A stretch of DNA of 64,000 nt. It comes from a virus. The position numbers were made by a program, and so were the translations under genes. Below the pieces are notes generated by a model. That model was not told the DNA's origin, ran no database searches, and was given only the letters and a program-made list of their open reading frames with translations. The stretch spans positions 11,599-75,598 of IMG/VR virus record IMGVR_UViG_3300042891_002337, one strand, 5' to 3'. Of this stretch, positions 17,648 to 24,997 are shown piece by piece. Position 1 is the stretch's first letter. Each line of letters begins with the position of its first letter.

Positions 17648-17729
17648 CTTCTCAGTTCACTCTGTAGAGGTAATTAGGTCACTGAAACTTTTAAATTTTT
17701 AAGGGAAGATGACGGTCATGTAAACAGTG

Positions 17730-17978
17730 TCATGCATGCCTGAGGTCAAACCCACCCCACAGCCATTCTCTTCCTGAGCAGACAACGTGAAGTTTCTCAT
17801 CTTCGGACTCTTGTATTATGAGTGCGAGGTCACTTCTTCCTTCTGTTTCAAGCAGCTCTTTGACCTTGAGACTGACAGGGGATCTAATTGATTCTATCGA
17901 TCCATACTCAGATTCTGCTGCCTTGATGCAGGAAACAATAGAATTCATCTTACGTCCTAATATGTCTTCGACAGCCAT
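17730..17978 (-). CDS. hypothetical protein downstream of the fibre genes
   Basis: ORF; probable start MAVEDILG at 17978. Confidence 0.5.
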   Translation of the reverse strand: MAVEDILGRKMNSIVSCIKAAESEYGSIESIRSPVSLKVKELLETEGRSDLALIIQESEDEKLHVVCSGREWLWGGFDLRHA

Positions 17979-18907
17979 ACGGTGTCGCCAACAGATGCAA
18001 CAGAGTGAGAAAATCCCCAATAGACGACTTCACCACCTGATGATATTGTCGAAAGGAAAGTCGAAGTTGGCCCATCATAGATGCCAGCCAAATTTCCCAC
18101 AGTGTAAAATGGCGTATCATTCCTTGCCATCGCGATTGGAACAGGTGCATACTTGCTTGCGTCCCACTTACCGAAACCAGAAGTGTTTGTTGGTGTCTTA
18201 GAAGGTGTGCAGAAGGTGTCGATCTTCTCCCAAGTTGAAGATCCTGATACATACGCCCCTGCATGAAAGTCACCATTGTTCTCATTATGATTCAAAAAGT
18301 ATTGATTCATTCTGAAGTTGGCATTCATGGCAAACTGCCACGACTGATTGATAATTCCATATCGATAGCCGTCAGACTCAAAGTATTGACCAGTCCCATT
18401 CAGCACAGCACCTGCAATCATTGATCTTTGATTTGCATTTGATGAACCTTCAATCATTGCTGCAAAACCTTTGTCAGATGCCCAGGCATGGATTTTTGTT
18501 GAGTTTGTTGCAGATGTTGTGCTCCAGGCAGTGAGACCTGCAAAGCCCGCTGATTGAAATGGAGACGAAGCATACCAGTTTGTGTATGCACCATCAGCGT
18601 TTGTAGCAAGGCCAACAAGCACTCTTGTCGCAGAATAAGTGTCTGGCGCCAACATTGTAGGACTTGGGCTCGGAGTTCCTGAGTCCTGTGATGCAACTAC
18701 AAGCCTGAAGTTTCTGGGCCCAAATGTGTTCGAATAGATTGCCTGTGATCCTGTAGTGGAATCTTTCGTCCAGGACAGAACTGTGTTCGGAACAGCGTTC
18801 CCGTAGTAATCGGTTCCTGCTGACAGAAGATTGTACAGGGCCGTTATGAAACCGTTGTTATCCGGAGGAGTGACATTCGCAGATCCCATGTAGTAACGGG
18901 TTGGCAT
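17957..18907 (-). CDS. virion structural / tail-fibre-associated protein
   Basis: S/T/N/G-rich; TAATG coupling to the fibre gene gives start 18907 (MPTRYY). Confidence 0.65.
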   Translation of the reverse strand: MPTRYYMGSANVTPPDNNGFITALYNLLSAGTDYYGNAVPNTVLSWTKDSTTGSQAIYSNTFGPRNFRLVVASQDSGTPSPSPTMLAPDTYSATRVLVGLATNADGAYTNWYASSPFQSAGFAGLTAWSTTSATNSTKIHAWASDKGFAAMIEGSSNANQRSMIAGAVLNGTGQYFESDGYRYGIINQSWQFAMNANFRMNQYFLNHNENNGDFHAGAYVSGSSTWEKIDTFCTPSKTPTNTSGFGKWDASKYAPVPIAMARNDTPFYTVGNLAGIYDGPTSTFLSTISSGGEVVYWGFSHSVASVGDTVWLSKTY

Positions 18908-20199
18908 TAGACTATCTCGATGGTTGAAGATACGACTGACTGTTCGGAGTGAGCAACGTCGACAGTCATTGGGGTCACAGCAATAGCAGCGCCGAATACC
19001 CACGCAAGGGAATTATTTTGCCATCCGAGAACTCTACCGTCACGATAGCCAGATGTCGGTGGCTCAACACCAGCAAATGAACCTGCGTTATTGTACTGAA
19101 CAGAGTTCGTGGAGCCTGCGGGAGAACCGCCGCCGGTCGATGAGATCGTCACAGCTCCGTTCGAACCAGTTACTACATTTACATTCGTGCCAGCAATAAT
19201 GTACGAAGTACCGTCCGAGAGCTTTGTAAGTGAACCTGACATCTTAGTGACGGTGATGCTTCCGCCTGTGATGGACACATTGTTTGAGTTCTGTGTTGAT
19301 AGAGTTCCGAGGCCAAGGTTGGTTCGAGCAGTCGAAGCATCAGAAGCCCCTGTACCACCGTCTGCAACTGCAAGATCTGTGATTCCTGTTACAGATCCAC
19401 CTGTGATAGAAACATTTGAGGCTGCCTGTGTGGCAATTGTTCCTAATCCCAGGTTAGACCTCGCTGTTGTAGCGTCTGAAGCGCCTGTTCCTCCATCTGC
19501 GATAGCGAGGTCTGTGATTCCTGTGATTGAACCACCTGTGATTGTGACGCTGTTTGATGCCTGTGTAGAGATTGTGCCCAGTCCAAGATTAGACCTTGCG
19601 GTTGCAGCATCTGAGGCGCCTGTCCCACCATCAGCAACAGCAAGATCTGTTATGCCTGCAATGGAGCCGCCTGTTATAGAAACGCTGTTCGACGCCTGTG
19701 TGGCAATTGTTCCGAGACCCAGGTTGGTCCTTGCGGTTGCAGCATCTGTGGCGCCTGTACCGCCATTAGAAACAGCAACAGGTGAAGACAGAGAAATTGT
19801 GACTGAGCTTCCTGCTCCTCCGTCACTTATTGTAATCCCTGTCCCCTGAGTCAGGACCCTTTCCTGTGTTAATGTTGCGTCAGTCGCAAGGGTTACGTAC
19901 CTTGCAGTAGTGGGTGCACCGCCACCGCCTCCACCTCCACCCACAGAATATGCATTCCCCTCGGCATCGTAGATTGTGCCTGAAACCGTCAGGTTACCCT
20001 TTATGATGCTGCTTCCTGAAGCAACCAAGCTTCCGGATACAAAAGCATTCCCAGTGATGTTGATGCTGGATGTCTTAAAACCAGATATGCCCACATACAG
20101 GTCATGTGGGCCAACAACTCGAAGTATTTCCCTGCTTCTGTCGTCTGAGACTGGTATGAAAGACTCAGTCAGGGCAGTTCTAGCGTCTATGCTGCCCAT
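18907..20199 (-). CDS. tail fibre protein with 45-aa repeats
   Basis: GGTGAxDAxTARxNLGLG fibre-shaft repeats; GSTNSVQYNNAGSFAG motif. Confidence 0.85.
   Translation of the reverse strand: MGSIDARTALTESFIPVSDDRSREILRVVGPHDLYVGISGFKTSSINITGNAFVSGSLVASGSSIIKGNLTVSGTIYDAEGNAYSVGGGGGGGGAPTTARYVTLATDATLTQERVLTQGTGITISDGGAGSSVTISLSSPVAVSNGGTGATDAATARTNLGLGTIATQASNSVSITGGSIAGITDLAVADGGTGASDAATARSNLGLGTISTQASNSVTITGGSITGITDLAIADGGTGASDATTARSNLGLGTIATQAASNVSITGGSVTGITDLAVADGGTGASDASTARTNLGLGTLSTQNSNNVSITGGSITVTKMSGSLTKLSDGTSYIIAGTNVNVVTGSNGAVTISSTGGGSPAGSTNSVQYNNAGSFAGVEPPTSGYRDGRVLGWQNNSLAWVFGAAIAVTPMTVDVAHSEQSVVSSTIEIV
19255..19775 (-). repeat. ~4 x 135-bp intragenic tandem repeat
   Basis: GGTGA(S/T)DAATARxNLGLGTIxTQASNxVSITGGSIxGITDLAVAD repeated at a 135-nt period. 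Confidence 0.92.
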
Positions 20200-20205
20200 G
20201 ATCTG

Positions 20206-20406
20206 TCAGTACCCGTACTCATCCATTTCATCGACGATCTTTTGTGCCTTCTCTTTGGACATCTTCACAGGAACTTCCTTGTCCCCGACCTTTGCAGTCT
20301 TCTTACCAGCAATTGCTGCCTTTGCTACTGCATAGGTGAAGCTGTCCTCCTCGAGAGCCTCGGCGATCAGGCTGCGAATCATTCTCCTGAATCTTGTCTC
20401 GGACAT
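20206..20406 (-). CDS. small late protein
   Basis: start MSETRFRRMIRSLIAEALEE with GGAG RBS; ATATGTA motif at 20424-20430. Confidence 0.65.
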   Translation of the reverse strand: MSETRFRRMIRSLIAEALEEDSFTYAVAKAAIAGKKTAKVGDKEVPVKMSKEKAQKIVDEMDEYGY

Positions 20407-20446
20407 GCTCATCTCCACATCCTTACATATTCAGGAGAATGATTCG

Positions 20447-20842
20447 TCAATCGTCCGGCCAAGAATCATCGAGCTCCACAGGCGTAGGTACCTGAGCTGA
20501 AGCATACCTCTCAGACCTCTCATTGAGAAAATTGACTATCGATGCAATCGTCCTTTCCCTTTCCTCAAGAAGCTTAGGACGAGAGTGGACCCTGTCAAGC
20601 TCTCCCAATGCCCAGTCCTCGATCCTCTTGAATGCCTCCTCATAGAGAGCAACAAGATCTTCCTTCTTTATCTTCGAAGCCTCGGACCTCACCTCACCAA
20701 TAAAGCCTGTGACGGTTCGAATGAGCCTGTCGGACGCAGGTAGGTCACGATTGGACTCTACAATCTCAGACTGCGCAAGCTCCCTGGTCTGTGACAATAT
20801 TGCAATGAGTTCCCTTACTTCTTCAAGTCTCTCAGTACCCAT
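20447..20842 (-). CDS. hypothetical coiled-coil protein
   Basis: ORF in the operon, probable start MGTERLEE. Confidence 0.6.
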   Translation of the reverse strand: MGTERLEEVRELIAILSQTRELAQSEIVESNRDLPASDRLIRTVTGFIGEVRSEASKIKKEDLVALYEEAFKRIEDWALGELDRVHSRPKLLEERERTIASIVNFLNERSERYASAQVPTPVELDDSWPDD

Positions 20843-21227
20843 TCTCAATCCTCTCAAGAATCTTCTTGTGCTTTGAAACGTATGCCTTCAGGAGGTCCTC
20901 TTCCGTGAATCCGGTCAGGATCAGGACTGAGAGGAAATAATTGAAGCCATCAACGACCTCTTCAAGGAAGTGATCCTCATTGAACTGAGGTAGGTCGGTC
21001 TGCCGATGTGGCTTTGCATTCTTCAGTTCCTGAAGCGCCTCGAACATCTCCTCGACTCCGCGAAGGACAATGTCCCTTGCCATTAGCTGGGATGACTTCT
21101 TGGTGAGGTCCATGGGCCATCCCTCACTGTAACATCCTGTCTTTTCAGTGAGCCTCTTCATGTACTCCTCACGGAGTTCAAAGAGAAGCTTCAGGCCATC
21201 AGTTGGTTGTTGTGTCGTTGAGCTCAT
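20832..21227 (-). CDS. dimeric (all-alpha) dUTPase / dNTP pyrophosphatase
   Basis: VEEMFEAL..LKN.KPH...FLEEVVDGFNY; start MSSTTQ with AGG RBS. Confidence 0.82.
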   Translation of the reverse strand: MSSTTQQPTDGLKLLFELREEYMKRLTEKTGCYSEGWPMDLTKKSSQLMARDIVLRGVEEMFEALQELKNAKPHRQTDLPQFNEDHFLEEVVDGFNYFLSVLILTGFTEEDLLKAYVSKHKKILERIENGY

Positions 21228-21432
21228 TTGCCTTCTGCAGCAGGAGTTGGATGCCTTCTTCGAAACCCTTGATAAACTCAGGATCAGGATCAAGTGTTCC
21301 ACTGTCATTAGTGTGAAGTACTAAAGTGCGGAGGTTATCCACAACGTCTGTGCCTGTGAGGATTGCCATCTGGACGAGACGTGAGATCTGAATGATCGTT
21401 GCGTCTGAAAGCTTGTATGTTGTCATTGTCAC
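21199..21432 (-). CDS. hypothetical protein
   Basis: 77-aa ORF with GGAG RBS; TAAAC-N17-TACAAT promoter at 21442-21469. Confidence 0.7.
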   Translation of the reverse strand: MTMTTYKLSDATIIQISRLVQMAILTGTDVVDNLRTLVLHTNDSGTLDPDPEFIKGFEEGIQLLLQKANELNDTTTN

Positions 21433-21466
21433 TCCAGTTTCATTGTAGGGATGAAGTCAGATAAGT

Positions 21467-22255
21467 TTATAGCTGGACTCGAGGACACCACCATGTCGTT
21501 CGTCCATCCTTAGTCTCCTGACAGATGACTTGTTCACCGTTCGGATCGGTCTTTCGACCGTAAACGAGCATTGAGTGGTTTCCCTCTTCACCGTCGAAAC
21601 CCTTGTATGTGAGTATCGTGGATCCGCCATTCTCGTAAGCAGTCTTGATAACCGACCTCACAGACTCATGAAGGAATCGAAGCTGGTCATCTGTGCACTG
21701 TGATACGGTTCGATGAGGACTAAGCTTGGCAAGCCAGAGTGCGTCCGCCTTCAGATAATTTCCAACCCCTGAAACGACGCCCTGGTTCATTAGAGCCTCA
21801 GCCAAGGTAAACTTAGGGTGCTTTCGAAGGCTCTCAATGAATGCTTCCGGCTTCACATCCTCATTCAACATGTCCGGACCAAGTGACTTCAGTTTGTTCT
21901 CAAGTCCCTTTCTGTCTGTGAATTTGATGGTGCCGAAGTTGCGTGGATCGTTGAAGAAGAGGTTGCCCTCAGAAGTTTCGAACTTTACTCTGGCATTCCT
22001 CTCGCGGTTTGACCAGGAGCCAGACATACCAAGCGTGTTGAAGATAACTGTGTCGGTATCCGTGAGCCAGTAGATGAACTTGCCCTTGCACTTCACATCG
22101 ATGATGTTGATCGGAAACTGCACATCTGAGATTCCTTCGATCGGCTTCTTGAGGTATCGACCGGACAGGGGTGTGACTGATAGAAGCTGCACTCCTTGTC
22201 CGATGAAGTTTCCAATTGAACGTACGAAACCTGCTACCTCGGGTCCCTCAGGCAT
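21467..22255 (-). CDS. nei: Fpg/Nei family DNA glycosylase-AP lyase (no C4 zinc finger)
   Basis: MPEGPEV, KGK, LGMSG, DPRNFG, LGPD, LMNQ..VSGVGNYL, GRTTWWCP. Confidence 0.93.
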   Translation of the reverse strand: MPEGPEVAGFVRSIGNFIGQGVQLLSVTPLSGRYLKKPIEGISDVQFPINIIDVKCKGKFIYWLTDTDTVIFNTLGMSGSWSNRERNARVKFETSEGNLFFNDPRNFGTIKFTDRKGLENKLKSLGPDMLNEDVKPEAFIESLRKHPKFTLAEALMNQGVVSGVGNYLKADALWLAKLSPHRTVSQCTDDQLRFLHESVRSVIKTAYENGGSTILTYKGFDGEEGNHSMLVYGRKTDPNGEQVICQETKDGRTTWWCPRVQL

Positions 22256-22691
22256 TTGCAAACTCCTCGCTGTGATTATTCTTCAGGAAGTTGTGATAAT
22301 CTGTGAGTGCGTGGTCCTTTGGTTCGACGCTTCGCCAATCACCAAGGACAAAGATTCGATAGGCATCGGATGCATACTTTCCAACACCATGAAGCTGATT
22401 GACATCAGACCACTTTCCCTCGTGGTACTGAGCAGACATTCTCTTGAGAGTCTGGGTGCGCTTCTTTTGCATGCCCAGAGTCTTGATCATTTCCTCAAGT
22501 TCTGAGTCATCAGCTTCGGACATGGACTTTGCATTTGGCCAGCGCTGGAACATCTTTTCAACGACTGGTTCCATTTGCTTCCTCGTCGTGAGGTTGAGAC
22601 AGAGGCAGCAAACAAGAATCTTCCAGGGATCAGGCCAATAACGTTCCTGGATAAGACCGAACTTTGGGGGATGCCACACGTTTGCCTCCAT
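22248..22691 (-). CDS. HhH-GPD DNA glycosylase, MBD4-like
   Basis: LIQE...DPWKILV....LNLT...LHGVGKYASDAYRIF...W..V.PKDH.L..Y resembles the MBD4 catalytic domain. Confidence 0.85.
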   Translation of the reverse strand: MEANVWHPPKFGLIQERYWPDPWKILVCCLCLNLTTRKQMEPVVEKMFQRWPNAKSMSEADDSELEEMIKTLGMQKKRTQTLKRMSAQYHEGKWSDVNQLHGVGKYASDAYRIFVLGDWRSVEPKDHALTDYHNFLKNNHSEEFANA

Positions 22692-22725
22692 ATTGGAATG
22701 GTAATAGCAAACGATGAGTTTACAA

Positions 22726-23505
22726 TCAGTAGGGAGTTCCGTGTCTTACATGTCCCATGATATCTTCTATGACTGTCTCGGTCTCATCGTGGTCATTAAC
22801 GCTGAAAGCGCGGCCGTACTTTTTGAGGGCTTCATAGATCTCATAGTCGTTTCCATTTGCCTGACATCTGTCACCCACAAACCAGACAGTCTCATCTGGA
22901 AAGTGATTGAGAGCGTATGTCTTGTCCCAACCTACCGGGTAGATATCGAACGAGGTCGATCCGCCAAGCTTTGCAATAAGTGGGGTTCGAATTGTCATGA
23001 GCCGAAGCTTCAACAGGGAGAGGATGCCAAGCCTAAAGTCGTTTCTTGCGTCGAAACTCTCAAACCAGGTCCTGCTTGAGCGATCTGCTTCCCTACCAAT
23101 CGGACACCAATTGACCATTGAGCTCCGCGAGGAGACAAAGTTTCCAGTCAGGGGAAGGTCGCGAACATTATCCATGACCTCACGCTGCATGGTATTGAGA
23201 ATGAGGTGAAGTTCACGCCACTCCTGTCCCAGGTGATTCATCATAGACTTTGGGACTGCCTGAGCCTGCCAGTGACCATTGACAAACTTCCAATGCTCAG
23301 TGCCATTGCACGGCAGCGCTTCCACGCCATGCTCAAATGCCTCAAGCGGAACCTGCTCCTTGACATAGTCAAGTGCAGAACCTGTTACAATTCCAACCCT
23401 TGCAAACGCAGAGAGTTCAGTAAGCTTTCGTAGGTTCTTTTGAGTGATTCCTTGGCGCGGTGGTGTTAGTGTGCCATCAAGATCAAAGAGTACAACGTCT
23501 CGCAT
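22726..23505 (-). CDS. eukaryote-type (HAD IIB, PMM2/Sec53-like) phosphomannomutase
   Basis: LFDLDGTLTPPR, N.CPIGR, GGSTSFDIYPVGWDKTYAL, FVGD...GNDYEIY. Confidence 0.88.
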   Translation of the reverse strand: MRDVVLFDLDGTLTPPRQGITQKNLRKLTELSAFARVGIVTGSALDYVKEQVPLEAFEHGVEALPCNGTEHWKFVNGHWQAQAVPKSMMNHLGQEWRELHLILNTMQREVMDNVRDLPLTGNFVSSRSSMVNWCPIGREADRSSRTWFESFDARNDFRLGILSLLKLRLMTIRTPLIAKLGGSTSFDIYPVGWDKTYALNHFPDETVWFVGDRCQANGNDYEIYEALKKYGRAFSVNDHDETETVIEDIMGHVRHGTPY

Positions 23506-24137
23506 TAGTATCCAAATGCCTCGATCGTGTGCTTGAAAGGATTGTCTTCAATGCTTCGAACAAGATCTAACATCTTCTCGGCGATCTCCCTCACTTCTTT
23601 CTGAGCATCGGGCTTCATTCGTAGTCCAAGGAAGTGATTGAAGGATCGCCAGTTGAACATGATGTCCATCGTGATCTGATTGCCGTAAGGGAGGTAGAAC
23701 CTCGCAGACTCCTTGGCACGCTTGCGATCCATGCCTCCGTCTACAAGGCGCTGGAGTGTGTCATGGTAGCGCATGATTGCGTCCTCCATGAATGCGATGT
23801 ACTTTGCCTTCTCAACGGTGGGCCAATCATCAGGAACAACATACTTGTCATCCTTCAGTTCCTTGTACCGTGCAGACTCACCATTGATGGAGACGCCGAC
23901 CCTGTGCTTCAGGAGGTGAATGTGAGTAGCGGTATCAACGGTCACAAGGAAGTGAATCGAGCTCTTCTCAAAAGGAGTCTCATGTCCATTCTCAGCAAGC
24001 ATCTTGAGAAGCTGTGGGATCCTCTTCATCTTGTCGGGATTCAAGTCTCGGCTTGTGCTTGTCCATGCTGAGAGAGCGTGGACTTCGTCCCCACCGTACC
24101 AACCGACCAATTCTACCTTGTTGTCCTGAAATGGCAT
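23505..24137 (-). CDS. thyX: flavin-dependent thymidylate synthase
   Basis: GHETPFE, KHRVGVSINGESARY, ESARFYLP, NWRSF..FL.LR...AQKEVR. Confidence 0.93.
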   Translation of the reverse strand: MPFQDNKVELVGWYGGDEVHALSAWTSTSRDLNPDKMKRIPQLLKMLAENGHETPFEKSSIHFLVTVDTATHIHLLKHRVGVSINGESARYKELKDDKYVVPDDWPTVEKAKYIAFMEDAIMRYHDTLQRLVDGGMDRKRAKESARFYLPYGNQITMDIMFNWRSFNHFLGLRMKPDAQKEVREIAEKMLDLVRSIEDNPFKHTIEAFGY

Positions 24138-24342
24138 CTCTTGTCCTTAGTCTTGCGTACCTGTCCCAGAGTATCTCGAACCCCCACTGTAGGAAAGTAA
24201 GGGTTGAGCCGGTCAAAAGAACGATGCCGGCTGACTCACCGGCATTATCAGTGAAGCTATAAGCTATCGTAAAACCGTAACACATGGAGAATAACCTCCA
24301 TGCGACGACCTTAATTAGGAGCTCTGCGCGTGCTGGGTTCAC
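23992..24342 (-). CDS. small membrane protein, DUF2061-like; 3' part overlaps thyX
   Basis: K..AWR...hydrophobic helices...FEILW pattern; recognisable part ends near 24140. Confidence 0.55.
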   Translation of the reverse strand: MNPARAELLIKVVAWRLFSMCYGFTIAYSFTDNAGESAGIVLLTGSTLTFLQWGFEILWDRYARLRTRDAISGQQGRIGRLVRWGRSPRSLSMDKHKPRLESRQDEEDPTASQDAC

Positions 24343-24945
24343 TCAATCCAGCGTGTAATTGAGATCAATCTTGCATGTGAGTGTCGGAATACGAAGCTCA
24401 TTGGCAAGGTTGTGACCCTTCGCGTCATTGGCGTCAAGGTACCAATCCGCGTGGCCCTTCTCATGGACCAACTTCAGGAAGTAGTCCGAGGGCTTGCCAC
24501 AGTTGCGAGCCATCATCTCGTAGACCTTCTTGTTGAGGCGCTCGACCTCCTTCGCGTCGGCCTTGATCTCTTCCACCTTACCCCAGGCTCCGCTGGAGAC
24601 GTCGTGGATCATGAGGGTGGCGTCCGGGTCCATGTAGCGCTTACCCTCGGCACCGAAGCTGAAGAGGATTGCTCCACAGCTCATTGCCTTACCCTCGATG
24701 ATGGTGGCAACCGGGACACGTGAGGCCTTGATTGCTGCGATCATTGACATGAGTGAGTAGACCTGACCACCGTAGGAGTCGATGACGATGGGAATCACAG
24801 TCTGGCCGGTGTTCTGTGCACGGCTCATTGCGTCCGTGAACTCCTTGGCCGACTCCTCGTCGAACTTGTTGACACGGATGATGATTGGGTCGACCCGGAG
24901 CTCGACCGCCTTGATGTGATGAGAAACGTCTGCGATGAAGTTCAT
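24343..24945 (-). CDS. clpP: ClpP-like serine protease
   Basis: IDSYGG, GKAMSCG (Ser), R.M.P.AT.MIHD (His), DWYLDA; start MNFIAD with GGAG RBS. Confidence 0.88.
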   Translation of the reverse strand: MNFIADVSHHIKAVELRVDPIIIRVNKFDEESAKEFTDAMSRAQNTGQTVIPIVIDSYGGQVYSLMSMIAAIKASRVPVATIIEGKAMSCGAILFSFGAEGKRYMDPDATLMIHDVSSGAWGKVEEIKADAKEVERLNKKVYEMMARNCGKPSDYFLKLVHEKGHADWYLDANDAKGHNLANELRIPTLTCKIDLNYTLD

Positions 24946-24997
24946 TGCATACTCCGGTTGAGTTAGATTGCGAATTGCCTTTTCGAAGTCTTCTTCT

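Noticed and set aside
19255-19775. 135-bp repeats as a diversity-generating retroelement TR/VR pair
   Set aside because: In-frame tandem shaft repeats with mostly synonymous differences, not adenine-specific; no reverse transcriptase in the window.
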